A stretch of 64,000 nt of DNA from NCBI RefSeq assembly GCF_009914755.1, contig NC_060933.1, one strand, 5' to 3'. Below the pieces are notes generated by a model. That model worked only from the letters and a program-made list of their open reading frames with translations. It ran no database searches and was not told the origin of the DNA. This document shows positions 44,101-57,768 of the stretch, one piece after another. The position numbers and the translations under genes were made by a program. Position 1 is the first letter of the stretch. Each line of letters starts with the position of its first letter. Origin of the DNA: the human T2T-CHM13v2.0 reference genome, Homo sapiens.

Positions 44101-46345
44101 AACTTTCTGCCACCTACAGAAAATCTTGCTGCCATCGTAAGAAATGACAGACCTGTAATATTTATGCCAAAGATAGCATTTCTTGGGTCCCAAATGATAT
44201 AGCTGGAGTCCCTGTATTTACTGGCTTTGTTCCTATTGCTAAACTGTCTTCTATTACAAATAAAAGTTTGCTTTGGCTCACCTTGGAATAAAGAAAAACC
44301 ATTAGCAAAAACTTTATGCTATCTCTTGCCCTAAAGTTCTTCCAGGGGGAAGAGTTTGGAAATCTGTTTTTTCTCTAAGTTGAGAAGGAATTTGTCAAGA
44401 GTCTCTCTGTGGTTTTCTGGCCACCATATAAAAGGTCATAGAAATTCAACTGCTTCTGATGTTGTCATCTTGTGCCTTTGCATCCCAGCTGGAATTTTAG
44501 TGGATGGGGCAGAAAATTTTTGATTTAGCTCCCTAAGCTTCAAACGACATGCACTATTATGGCAATAACACATCCTATAATTTGCTTTTATCAACTAAGT
44601 GATTTTCCCTCTAAATGTGGTATTTGTCTGACGTGCATTGAAATGATTGTTGAAGAATCTTAATGGGGAATTCTGGTTTGCCTTTGGCCTTTGACATAAC
44701 TTTTTCTCATTGAAATAAGGATCAAGGGGAGACTTGATTAATAAACTGTGGGATTAAAACTTTGTCTTAACAGAAGTTGTCTTGGAAACAGAATAAGGAG
44801 GGATGCCCTGATGTGTTCTCCACCCCTGAGGCACCTGAGCGGTCACCGTGGAGAGAGAAGGGACTAGAGACCTGGAGTCGGTAGAGCCTTGGTTAGAGAA
44901 AGACACTGTTTGTTAGAAAGGAAATTCCTTAACAGTTATTTCTGACAATAGAATCGGTGTCCTTGGAATACATTTTCTTTGTTGATTTAAATATTTTACT
45001 TTTTGCTGCTTTAGAGTCAAATTAGTTTGGATAAAAAAATTCGATTTGAACTCAGTGACATAAAGCTGGTCATTTTTAAGCCAAAAACACTAACTGAATT
45101 TGGACTTAAAAACAAAACAAAACAGAACTTTTCTTCTTCAAAGATGCTATAGAGCTAAAAAGAAAAAAAAAAAGTGATATTGTTTGGTTTCTGTTCATAG
45201 ACGTAAGCTTTGGGAGTTAAGTTTTTGCTTTATATATGTACAAATAAATGAATCCAACTATCCCATGTGATATTCAGCTTGTGGTAGAAACTCCTTTTTT
45301 GACTTAAAAAGGTAAAGATCACTTGTTATAGAAAATTTGTTATTAATTTATATCAAGATTATAATGCCTAAAAAATGTAGTGAGTCAAAAGAGATAAATT
45401 TGACATTTTAGAATGGTACGATCTTGTTTTAACTGCAGGTGAAGACTTTGGTTACTGAGGGACGTCGTTTTCTCTTTTAATTAATTTCTTTTCCTGACAT
45501 TTCTCTCATCATGAGGCAAATTTGTTTGTGGCACTTAACCTTTAAGTATTATGTCACTTTTCACTGGAGTCATGCAGTGACCAAGAGTAAGCGAATGTAA
45601 GACATGAAAAGTTTTTTAAGAAGGCAAAAACTTCTCAAACTAAATTTGCCACCAGAAATTTTCTTCTCAACTTGAACTCAGAACTCACTACCTGAGGTGC
45701 TTTTTGTTTTTGCCTTCTTGGTCCTGCTTCCCATCCTTCAGAGCTGAGGAACCCTGTGTTCTGCAAATGGCTTTTCAGGCTCAATCTTCCCTACCCATTA
45801 AATGCGTATATATTTTTTCAATTTGCTTTTCCCTTCGCTGTTCCTTTCTTAGTTCCTGCTGTCAAATCCTACTTATTCTTTAAGCTCACTTTTAATTTCC
45901 TAACCCCTACTTTCTCTTCTCTATTATCTTCCCTCTCCCAGTTTTGGATTATTGATTCCTTCTTTATTCTGAAGCATTCAGTACCTGTCTGTGATACAAC
46001 ATTTACTCTATGATATCATCATGTATAATCTGCCTCCCTTCCTTGAGAGTAACTGGGTTTTACTGGCATTTTAGCACTGGGGAGGAAGGAATTACAGCAT
46101 CTGACCTGAGATCCAATTTCTTACTCCCTTTACTGAGGGCAGGGGTAAGAGATTCCCCTGGAAAAAAGACGAGGCAGGTGACCTGGTCTCATTTCCAGGA
46201 TGATGATATTTTTGGGGAGAAAGAGAACTTATTTGCACATAGTCCTTAGTAGGATGTCCCTGGAAAAGACCTATAGTAAATAGGACCCGCAAAATGAAAC
46301 TTAGCTCCCTGGAGAATGTCATCTGGGCTATATAACATTCAAGGG

Positions 46346-46546
46346 CAGGGATTGATTAATTTTTTTTCTTAAAATGTCGGAGAATAAAAATTTTAGGCAT
46401 GTGAGCCACATGGCCTCGATTGCAACTACTCAACTCGGATTGGAGTGAAAAAACAGACATAGACAAAACATAACAAGTAAACCTGTCAGTGTTCCAGTGA
46501 AATAAAAATGGTGGTTGGCTTGTGGGTCATAGTTTACCAACCCCTG
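46346..46546 (+). mobile_element. MER58A-like hAT-Charlie element
   Basis: CAGGG...GCAACTACTCAACTC..CAGACATAGACAA..TAGTTTACCAACCCCTG. Confidence 0.8.
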
Positions 46547-47271
46547 ATCTAAGGTATAAAATAGAGATGCTTCAGAACTTAAATCCACCTGCTGTGTGGG
46601 GTAATCATAATTGTAAAGCTTCACTTGGAGAACTCAACTATTGTTCTGGGCAGAAACCTATGTCCAGGGAGGGAGGAAGGGTTGGAGGAACCACACTGGA
46701 GGGCCTGCATCTCTCACTATTCTGTCTCTCCTTGATTGCCTGCATCCTCACAATCATTAATAAAGCTTAATTCCAAAGGGGATCTCTGATTTGTGTAGAC
46801 CTGATTTGACAATTCAATCCTGGAGATTGGCTCAACACATTAGCACCAATGTTGAACAATGCATATTTGGTGAAAAGAATTACGCTGGAACACTCACCTA
46901 AGTCTCCTAGTGATATTTGTACCTTAAACGAAGAGCTTCTAAATGCAGACATATACTGCTGCCCTGGTTGGGAATCAGGTGGCCCATCAAACTATCTCAA
47001 GGTGGTCATGATCTTCTCTAACTTGTATCATTGTTGAAATCCCTCATTTTTCTACAGGCGTTTTGAAGATGACTTTCAAATACATCAAGGTCATGTTACT
47101 GATTGTATTTTGCTCTTTAAAAAGAGTCACTTTTCCTCAGAAGGTTTCTCTGTCTGCAATATAACAACACTATAGGGATTAGTGTCCTGGTTTCGTTTGG
47201 AGAGACCTGGTTAGGTTTGACTTTTGACTTGGCATTTCAGTTGAGTATACAATTTGAGAGATCTTTCCACC

Positions 47272-47491
47272 TTCTTTCTTTTTCTTGAGAGATGGGATCT
47301 TGTCCTGTTACCCAGACTGCAGTACAGTAGTGCAATCATAGCTAGCTATAGTCTTAAACTTAAGTCCAGGAGTTTAAGACTATAGTGAGTTATGATTGCA
47401 CCGCTGCACTGCAGCCTGGGTGACAGGACAGTGTTCCCGCCTCAGCCTCCCAAGTAGCCAGGATTACAGGAACAAGCCACCGTGCTTGGCC
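47272..47491 (-). mobile_element. FLAM/Alu monomer containing an internal inverted duplication
   Basis: GAGATGGGATCTTG..CCCAGACTGCAGTACAGT..; ends CCTCAGCCTCCCAAGTAGCCAGGATTACAGG..GCCACCGTGCTTGGCC; 47371-47430 is the reverse complement of 47301-47360. Confidence 0.9.
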
Positions 47492-47530
47492 ACTTCTCTA
47501 TTTGTTTCTTCTTCCTTTTCTTAGTGGAAG

Positions 47531-47650
47531 ATTTATGGACAGAAAAGAGGAAATTGATGTACAGAAAATCGAAGTGAGGTACGGAAGCAGCTGGATTAGA
47601 CATAGCCTGGTGTTTGTCTCATTTGATCATGCTCTTTGAGCAGTTGGCTA
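47531..47650. mobile_element. ERV1-type LTR fragment (MER31-like)
   Basis: TTTATGGACAGAAAAG..GTACAGAAAATCGAAGTGAGGTAC..CAGCTGGATT. Confidence 0.5.
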
Positions 47651-50559
47651 TAACCTTTTGTATTTCTTATACCATTCCGAATGACTCAGAATCTGAAAAG
47701 AAAGCAGCAGAAGAAATTACTAATAGAAGACAGGGCCCTGTCTTCTGAAGCACTCCTCTCTTAATTTGGACAAAAGACATAATTAGGCAGATTTGGCACT
47801 AAATCTTGTTATGTTACAAACTAGCTGTGTTATTCTGACCAAAATATGTAACTTCTCTGAACTTGTTTTTCTTCTGTAAAAAGGAGAAGTCCACCTTTCA
47901 CATGTAGATTTAAAGAGAAAGCTCATTTACAGGTTGGGTGATTATTCTTGTTCTTTGTTGGCCTTTAGCCAGAAGTTATTTGCACATGCACATATGTCAC
48001 TCAGAATTATAATCAAATGTTGAGAAGCCTCCACTACAGATGTTCCTAAAAGAAAAGGGCAGATTTTCTCTTTCTAGTGTGGTTTAAAAGCAGTTCTACT
48101 GGAAGGCAGAAGGATGAACTGGAACAATCTCTAATTATCCTTTATTGTCCTACTAACCTGTCTATTTTATCTGCTTCTTTTTGGCACAAATAGTATCTCA
48201 CCCAACATGATTATTCTAGGAGAAAAAGCCACTCAGCTAGTGCCCAAAACTAGTTAAGTGCTGATTTAGTGAGTTCTGAAGGGATATATGGCTTGACTAA
48301 AATTATTTATGCAGTCGGGGAAGAAACTAATTCACACAGCAGTGCCCTAATTGGCATCAGAGAGGTGTTTCCGTAAAGCCCTTAGGAAAAGCAGGAAGTT
48401 GATTAAATAGGAAAAAAATGCACATGAAAATAGGAGTACAAAGAATGCATAGAAGAATAAAATGCAGTTGTTAAATAATCACCCTGATAATATTTCTTCC
48501 CCCCGAGAAGTTACCTTTGATTTAATGCAGGAGAGAGCACCTGGGAAAATTTCAAATTGAAGTCCCTCCCACACTTCCCCTGCCTATACTAAGAATCCAT
48601 GGCCCAGAATTCAAATACTAAATCTAAGAGAGGCAGGTAAAAAGAACAGTGGAAAACAGATGGCAGCAGTTACAACTAGCAAATTCCCAGTTGGTGGCTC
48701 TCACATTTAGAAGCGGGCATCTGTTCTTCTTCCCCACTGCAAAGTGGTTTTAACTCAGAGGTGTTAAAAATATCTAAGTTGCTGTTTTATTCATTTCTGC
48801 TATTTACTGACTTTAATGACTTACAGTATATCCGATGAAAAGTACAATGTTTACCCAAGCGGCAAGAGACTCAAAACAGAAATATGGGATGCTGTTAAAA
48901 AACCTTGTGGTCTACAAAACAGCATGTATGGTTTTATAGGTGTACCTTGCTTTAAGAAATCAATGGGTACCTTAACGTTTGTGTAAGTTGAAATATACTT
49001 TAAAATGCACCTTGGGTGCTTGACATTACAAAAATCTTGAGAGAGTCATAACCTCTCTGGGCCTTAGTTTCCTCCTCTCTGAAATGGGAATAGTAATGCC
49101 TACATTATTAATCTACTGTTCAGGTCTCTTGTGAAAATTAGGGATAGTATCAGTTGAAGATATTATAAGCCCCTCAAATACTGTAATGCTTAGTCAATGT
49201 TAATGCATTTTATTATTTATAAAAATTCTCATTTTGAAATAAACATCCATTCATAAAAAATTAAAAATGGAGAGTGTGCCTGTGTTCATGAGTAAGAAAG
49301 CCTCAAAAATAAAAGGGGCAGTTAACATAATTATGAATAAAATGTCTATAGCCTCTTTATGTTATTGTAAAGATGCCTTTCCCAGAACCATTTATAACAG
49401 GTACCAGGAAGAGAGTCTTACTGAATTGAATATCATTCAACCCATTGCCTAATGTAGATATTTATTGACTGCTGGCCATCTCATATTTTGTTTTCTTCCC
49501 TTTTTTGATTTAAAAATAGTATTCATTCATTGTAGGAAATTTGGAAATACATAAAACATAAGGAAGAATAGAAAAATAATTTATAATTTAAAACCCAGAG
49601 ACATAAGACCAGTATAGATCTTATGTCACCACACTGAGAAAGCACCAGTAATAAGATTAATTTATTAAAAGCTTTTCTGCTCTCATAAAAGTTAAATTGA
49701 GTAATAGATTTATCCAAAGCATGGTTTGTAATCACAGTTTCTGACCTCACAATCACTCTGAATATTCTTCTTCAATATTATTATTAATAATCACTAACCT
49801 TTTCTGAGTAATTACTATGTACCAGTTGCTATATTAAGGCTTCATATATATTAATCAATATGAAACGCACAACAGCTTCATGTATTTGGCACCATTATCT
49901 ACAAACGTGAAAATGAGAACATTTGATATTAAGGAATATGCCCGAGGGCCCATGGTTAATACATGGTACAGCTGTGATTAAATTAAAAATTAGGGGTATT
50001 TGATTCCGTAATGTACACTGGGATATTCTGCTTCTCTTTAGTATGGTGGCAGCAGCCCAGATTTTGGAATGAGATATGTTGTGGGTGTTGTTGATTCTCC
50101 ACTCTTCATGTGTCTTTTCATGTGGAGGGACTTTCCTATCCAGTCACTTCCTGTGCCTTCATTCTCTTCTCTTCATGTCAAGAAGACTGACATCCCATTT
50201 GTGAGTAAGGAGGTTTAAACTGGGTGCCATTGCCTTAGCCCTTTCTGCTCTTCTCTTTATTTGAGGTCTGCCTGTGTGAAGAGAAGGTGCATTCTCAGCT
50301 GCTCCTTGGCAGTGCGGGCTGTGTGGGTCTGACCAATAGTGTTTTGGAGAGGAGGGTAAATTCAATTCAGGGAGGCATGTCACCCTATTTCTTTGTACTT
50401 AAGTTATCTCTTTCTGTTTAGCCCTTTACCAATAATCATATGTTTAACTCTGATATATATTTCTCAGTTTGTTACATACTTGGGCATAGACAGAAGTGTT
50501 TTTAAATTGATTTTCTATGACTCTTAGCAGATAGTCCCAGATACTTTTCTAACCTTCAC

Positions 50560-50830
50560 TGTCTTTGTGTGAAACCTTGGGCAAGTGACTTCACTAATCC
50601 ATGTCTCAGTACCTTCAGTTATAACACAGGACATACTTTTTCCTTCCTCATGGGTTTTTGTTAGGTTTAAGTGGGTTCATATGTACAAAAAATACTGAGA
50701 TATTTTCCCCATTTTGTGATGTGAACACTGAGGCTTAGAGAGTTTCAGCAACTTGCACAGGATCACACAGCTAGCAAGAAGAAAGGCAGGCACCGCATTT
50801 CAAACCACATCTGAAGTTCATACTCTCTCA
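50560..50830. mobile_element. Two adjacent MIR fragments in opposite orientation
   Basis: ACCTTGGGCAAGTGACTT..CTCAGT (+) followed by CCCATTTTG..ACTGAGGCTTAGAGAG..AACTTGCACAGGATCACACAGCTAG (-). Confidence 0.7.
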
Positions 50831-51619
50831 AGACATGACTCTGATAATTATGACAGGACCTGGGGTAGAGAGCATGGACTCAGATCCTTCTGTAAGAGTG
50901 GGCCAGTGTCAAGGAGGTCACTAAAGGACAGCAGAATGATGCCTTGAACCGAGCAGTACAGAATCTTACACAGGTTGTAGAAATAATGTCTTGGAAGCTG
51001 ACATGAGGGTGCTATTTTCTTTTTGTTGTTGTTGATTTTTTTGTTTGTTTGTTTATTTAAGAAGAGTGTTTTTCTATCACTTTTTCTTTTTGAACTAAGG
51101 TTGAGATTTTTAAAGTACTTTTTTTGTTTTTTAAGATAGAATCACATAGCTTGTGATCAGGTTCTCATGCTTCAGAATGCTATGGCTGTGTTTTATTTTT
51201 CCACTTCCTCTAATTAGATGTTTGAGGTCATGTCTCCCTGCACCACTATCACCATTCTCAGACCCCATTAGTCTCTTCTATCCCTGTCCTCCTGTCACCC
51301 TCAACTTTGAAAGCAGTGTATCCCTGTCCTTTTTTTTCACCCTCGAACTCGAAAGCAGTGCAGTATTGTCTAAGGAAGCATAATATGTAGAAAGGATTAG
51401 ACACGGTTTAGGGGAAAGTTTGGTGATGCATCTGCTCTGAGAGTACAGAGAATTGGCTTAAAAGGGCATCAGAGTAAAAGACCAGTTTGCAGAATGAATT
51501 GTCTTGTGCTTGTGATTGTCTTTCTTGTGGAAAAGGCCATTTTCTCAAGGGACAACTTGAGTTTAGTCATCATTTGGAACAGGTACAGATTCTTACATAA
51601 AACTAATATACATGAAAGC

Positions 51620-51840
51620 AACATTTGTTGAGTGCACTGTACTTGATGTTTTGACCCACATTACCTCAATTCATCTTCACAATAATACTAAAAGATGAAT
51701 ATTATTATCCTTGCTTTTACAAAAAGAGAACTGGGGCTCAAAGTGGTTGAATACTTCGCCCAGGGTCAGGTACTAGTAAGTGCAGGCACTGGTAAGGCTC
51801 ATGCTCTAGTTTGTCTCTTTCCAAAGCCTCTGCTCTTTTT
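51620..51840 (-). mobile_element. MIR
   Basis: ATTATTATCCTTGCTTTTACA..AACTGGGGCTCA..CTTCGCCCAGGGTCA..CTAGTAAGTG. Confidence 0.65.
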
Positions 51841-54599
51841 GCTCTTTCTTGCATGAATTGGTTTATTAAATATGAATGGGGGAAGTTCACTAGAAGGCTT
51901 TTTCCTCAAAAGAAGCCTAGGAATCCCTTCTCTGCTTGTAAGTGGACACATTAGTATGATCTCCATGTCCATCTATAAATTATCTATAGTATGATCAATT
52001 CTGAAATTGGGAAGGACAAACTTGGGCAAATAGCTGCTCTTTACAGAAAGTCTAATTGGAAAGAGAATGACTATGCTCTGTGCCATGAAGTTTTCAAGAG
52101 AAATGTTGCAAGGGATAGAAATCTTGATAGATATGAATTTTGTTTTGAAAAGCTCCGTATGAGAAAATCTTCCACGAGGGACATCCCTTTTACCAACTTG
52201 GCAAAGACTAAAAATACAGAGCATCCAGGATCAAAGCGTATTCGTGATGCGAAGAACTATCCCCTGACAATCAGGCTGGAAGAAGGAGGTATCCTTTAAT
52301 CTTTTCCCTTTGTTTTATTACTTTTTTTTTCTGAGGGGAAAAATTCTCTTTTTTATTTTCTCTTGCTGACTAACTCTTCCCTTTAGTCATTTTCATCTCA
52401 CGACTCATGGCAATTTTCCCTCTTTACATTAAGAATGAATATAAACACAAATCACGTTTGAGTTTCTATTTCAGGGCCTTGTTTCTCTCCTCAAATGTTC
52501 AGAGGTAAGCAACAGAAAGTTGGAGTGAGCATAGCACTAAGACTTCAGCAGGATCAGAAGTTTCCATCTTCCCTCTTTGCTCTGTGCATGCCAGAGTTAT
52601 GGAGAAAAATGTTTCTTGTGGCAACAGGAAAGCAGTTTGAATCAATCAAAGATCATTTATAGTTTTTATAAACTGGAGAGAAGAAATAGGCTTGAACGAT
52701 CTTTAGATTCCAGGGAAGTTCTATAAAGGGAACCAGAAGTAGTTATTTATAAATGAAACTCGAGGTTTTTGGTAAGGGGCTTATGTGCTAGAGATTGCAC
52801 AGCTTCATTCAATGTGTCCTAGTTTTTAGGACAAAAGCCAAAATAAGGGGCGGAGGATTATTGCACATAGCTTCCTGTCTGGGAGTCTAATATGGGTGCA
52901 CACATTGATGCCAAGGTTCGCTTTTGAGTTGTTACTTTCAAAAAAGCTTCATTTATTAAAAAATAAAATCATCATTATTATCTCATTACAATATAGGCCC
53001 TGGATATGAAAAAAAATTGATTACCTGATCTTTAGTTCCCAACTCCATTCTATCTCTAATTTTGTTGCTTGGGGATTATTGGTCTATCAACACTCTTCCT
53101 GAATAATCAATCTGGTTAATTTAGCCTATAAACCACTTTTCCCCTTGTGTCTGGTGTAACATATTGTTTAGTAATGTGCCCAGTAAAGCAGAAAAAGTAA
53201 CTCCCAGGAATAGAAAAGGAAACGGCACTCAGATTTTGAACTTGAGTATCTTGCATTTTACCCATCTGCTGGGCTGTGCGGTAACTCACTTTTTATTTAT
53301 TTTGTTTTTAGCCATATGACTAACTCTACCTCATTGTGCTCAGCAGCTGAACAAAATGCACAGTGCTATATTCTGAGGCGCCCACTCATTCTTTATTGCT
53401 TTTATGACAAAGCTGTCCCTCCACATGTCTGCTGTGCCCTCTGACCCAAGGCGTTTACTTCAAGTAAACATGCCAGATGGTGGAGAAAAGTGATGGGTCA
53501 AAGAACAATGCTCGAGGGTCAGGAGTCACCAAATCCTTCTTCACAAAGCAAACTTAAAAGCAACAATTTCACCAAATGCTCTGGAGTGCTTTCACAGTGG
53601 AAATGGAGGTGGGAAAGGTAGACCTTAATTACATATTTTGCTTTCAGGGCCTAATGGTTTTAGGTACAGTGTCTATTGGCTAATTTGAACGTAAGCAATT
53701 TATGAGAAACGATAAGAAAACAAAGAGGACAGATGGATCACTCTTGTACTCAGCAAAGAGCAGCAAGGTGAATAGTTTGTGTGTGAATGAGTATTCTAAG
53801 CTCTGGCCCAAAAATTACACAGGTAATTTAGATTCCTTATCTTTTCTAGGGGCTATTGTTGAAAGTTGAGGCCTAAAGGATGCCATTGTCTAAAATACAC
53901 TAGAACCCTAACAAGGCTCTAGTAACCTCCAAGGAAGCTTTTAGATGAGATCTTCCATTTTTTTCCTTGTCTAGTATGGTGCTGCGTAAATCCAGATATA
54001 TGAGCATTTGAGGAGTTACTGTAAATATCTTAAGCACGAGGATGTGTCTTTTTAATGTTGCTGTTTTCAAAAGTAATTTAAGAAAATGTTCATTAGCCAT
54101 TTTACAGGCTGTGTATTTTAGAAAGAACATTAGAAATAGTAGTTACTCCTTACAGATAATCTGGCATAGGTAGGCACTATTACCTCTCTTTTTCAGATGA
54201 TGATGGCATAACATGTCTGTAAAATGCACTGGATTTATACACAGTATCCTAATATATTTTTAAAATAATTTAAAGAGGGAAAAATTTTTGAATTTTTCCT
54301 GTTCAGTGCATTGAAACATATCCATGTTCCTAAAACTCTTTCTGGGTTAAGTACTATCATATTTGACTTTCAAGATAAAGTGTCTCTCCTAATTGCCAAG
54401 CGTAAGAACTTATTTTTTGTGTGTGGTAAAGTGAATTCTCTAGCTGGGATATGGTATAAAATAGAGTTAAATTGGAATTCCTAATGGAGAGGTTATTTAT
54501 AGGGCTGAATGTGTGTCCTTAATAAGTTACCAAGATTCTGTGATAGATCACCTGTGAAGAGATTGGCAGTAATAGTTACTTTTCAAGAATTACCAAATT

Positions 54600-55095
54600 A
54601 ACATTTAATAATATTAATAATAACCTCCAGTTATTGGATGTCAACTATGCACGAGAAACTTTATGAGCTACTTTATGAGATACTTTATATCCATGCCTAA
54701 TTTAATTTTTCCAACTTTAGCCAAAACGACAGCAAGAGAGTTTACAAATTACCAATTGCTGGGTTTATCGGTTTATATATGTTATCTCATTAAGTCCTCA
54801 AAACAACCCTGGAAAGTAGGTACAATCATTAGTGTCCTTTCATATGTGAGAAAACTGAGGTTTAGAGAGATTGAACAAGTTATTTACTTCAAGATCATAC
54901 ACTTGATAAATGGCAGACATAGATTGAAACCCAGGCACAAGTTCTTACACTATTCTATGTATTATTATCTCTACTATATTAGTAATAAACAGAAATTCAG
55001 AGATGTTGCGTCTGCCCAAAGTCACACTACTAGCAGGAGGCAGAGGGCACATCCAAACTCAGGTTTTTTTTTCTGACTTTAAAGCCCACACTAGA
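54600..55095 (-). mobile_element. MIR cluster
   Basis: GAGAAAACTGAGGTTTAGAGAG; CTGCCCAAAGTCACACTACTAG. Confidence 0.65.
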
Positions 55096-55199
55096 TATGG
55101 CAGTTGCTCTCTCAATAGAGCTACATTCAAACACCCTAGAAAAGTAACTGATGTTCTCCATTGTTTCTGTAAAAGGTACAAATTGTTACTCACTGCATC

Positions 55200-55722
55200 A
55201 TCAGTATTCATGGCTAGTGGGCTACTTTCTGTTATGCTTGCACACTTCTGCTCCTAATCACTGAGTTTTGTGTTTAGAGATGTGTAGTTTCCAAACCTCT
55301 TTATACCAATTGAACATGTTACTGTAGTTATATAATTATGTTAATTGTCACATAAGCCAATGGTAAATATAAATGTGGAAATAGAACTGTTATTTCCATG
55401 AAACCTAAACTGGATGAAAAGACAATAAAGGGAAGGTACAAAGATATTCAGCCAAATTAAGTATGAGTGATGCAATTGTAAAAGATTGAGAGAAAATAAT
55501 AAAATCTGAGACAAATTCTTCATTCACAACGGCTTCCCAATTTTATTTAAATTTTGATTCCACTTAAAAGAATCCCAAGTTCTTGAATAAAAGACCTTGG
55601 TTCTAAATCAAACTATTGGCCAATGAATGGATATACATGTTAGCTTAAAATAAAATATTTAAGTTATATACTTATAATTTTCTGATTGCCTGATGATTCC
55701 TGATAAGGGGGTTTCTTGTCTG
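55200..55722 (+). mobile_element. Tigger-like (TcMar) DNA transposon remnant
   Basis: Decayed HTH-like peptides RTVISMKPKL and AKLSMSDAIVKD* resemble Tigger/pogo N-termini. Confidence 0.45.
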
Positions 55723-56537
55723 TTTAAGGTGGCAAAACAGAGGTGCAGGCTGATTAACTCAGTAACTTAGATCCTGCCATCTAGTACAGTGGCAGAGCTA
55801 AGACAAAGTGGCAGAGCAAGAAACAGGATTTAACTCCATGGCTCTGTTTAACTCTATAGTTCTCCACAGTTTATGCTTTGTCTTTTACTGCCTCACCAAT
55901 GTCATAAATTTGAGGGTTAGGAATCATATGCCAGGAAACCCCATGGAAAATTGTTGTGTCCACATGGACTTCAAAATTCCCCCTACTCCATTCCCGCCCT
56001 GAGAAAAACCTTCCTCTTTCTCAGTCAGGGATTAACCTATTTGATTTTCAAAAACTCTAGGGAAAGATATTTCATCACATCACATTATGATTATCATTGT
56101 TATAAGAATTTTATTTTCCTTAGAGACTCTACCAATATACCCTCCTGCTAAGATGCAGAGCTTTTAAGCAATAGGAAAGAACAGAAATGACTTTTAATGA
56201 CATGACAACATTGCTGAAGATATAAGTCCCAGAACTTCTCTAACTTCATGCTGTCTCCCCTAGCTACTTACTTGACACTTTCTGAATTACTCATAACTGA
56301 AAAAATACACTGTGTTTTAGGCTTGGTTATTAACATCACATTAGAAATAATTTATTTAACCAGTTTCTATCTGTTGAATTAACAGAAATACCAGCTCTCC
56401 TGGAGAATTTCCAGAGAATGATTCGTGATCATATTTTCTTGAGAATTGAAGTGGTATAATGCTGAACAAGAGAATAATTGCTATATATACAGATACCCTC
56501 TTTTCTCAGGACTTGTTTATGTGATGTCCAGGTTCCT

Positions 56538-57018
56538 TGTATTAGTTACTATGGCTGTGTAACAAATTACCCCAACTTAGTGGCTTATAACAACAATATT
56601 TATTTACTGTCTTTCCTGGTTTCTGTGGTTCAAGAATTTGGTTGCGGCTTGGCTAAGCTATTCTGGCTTAGGGTCCCTCATGAGATTGCTGTCAGATGTT
56701 GACTGGGGTGAGTCATTTGAAGCATTGACTGGGACTGGGAGATCTACTTGCAAGGTGGTTTTCTCACGTAACTGGCTGGTGGTGCTGATTGCGGGTGGGA
56801 GGCTTCAGTTCCTCTCTACTTGGGCCTTTCTAAAGGGCTGCTTGAGTGTCCTCGTGGCGTTACAGCTGGCTTATATTCAAGAATCCAGTGTAGAAGTTGC
56901 AGTACATTGATCTAGCCTGAGAAGTTATGCACCATCATTTCTAGCATATTCTATTGGTCACCTAGGATCAAAAGGAGCAAGGATCAGGAGGGGACTGTCT
57001 TAGAACCTGGCTACCACA
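56538..57018 (-). mobile_element. MLT1 (H-J class) solo LTR
   Basis: TGTATTAGTT..GCTGTGTAACAAATTACCCC..TTAGTGGCTT...GGCTACCACA. Confidence 0.8.
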
Positions 57019-57219
57019 AACCCCTGCTTTGTCCACCTGGGATCATGGCAATGATCAAAATTTGTTATTGTAATGATAGCTGTCTGTCTTCTCTTTCAGA
57101 ATTTAAGTTCCTTTACTGTCTGTGTTGTGTTACGTATTTTCTCTTTCTTAAATGCATAGGTTTTTAGAAGTCTTTTTAACTCCTTTTCATCTCTTCACTC
57201 TGAGTCTGGATTTGATGAC

Positions 57220-57768
57220 TGCGTTAATTATTTGTTGCTGCAGAACAAACCACACCAAACCTTAGTGGTTTAAAACCACAATTGCTTGTCTGCTTATAAT
57301 CATGTGGGTCAGCAATTTGTGCTGGGCTAAGTTGAGTGGTACTGTGACCATCTGTCTTGCCTGGGGTCAATCATATAACCCAAGTCATCTGACAGTTCGG
57401 ATGGAGCTAGATGATCTAAGATGACCTCACTCATATGTCTGGTGTTTGGCAGGTTGTCAACTCCTTGATTCTTCATTATGTGGCCTCTCCAGCAGGTGAG
57501 CTGGAGCTCATTCTCATAGTGGTCTTAGAGTTGCAATCGCATCTGGAAGAGGCAAACCCCAGAGTGTAAACACATTTCAATTCTCTGCTTGTATTATGCT
57601 AGCAAATATTCCATTGACTAAGGGAAGTCACATGGGCAAACCCAGAGTCAAGAGATTGAGAAATTGATGTCACTTCCTGATGGGAGCATTGGCAAAGTCA
57701 CATTGCAAAAGGGAGAGATACAGGATGGGAAGAATTATTATGGCCATCTGTGCAAACAGTCTGCCCAA
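57220..57768 (-). mobile_element. MLT1 (G/H class) solo LTR
   Basis: TTGCTGCAGAACAAACCAC..CTTAGTGGTTTAAAAC..AAGTCACATGG..GCAAAGTCACATTGCAAAAGG. Confidence 0.8.

Noticed and set aside
54663-55257. 137-aa and 84-aa ORFs
   Set aside because: Overlap MIR remnants; no protein family signal
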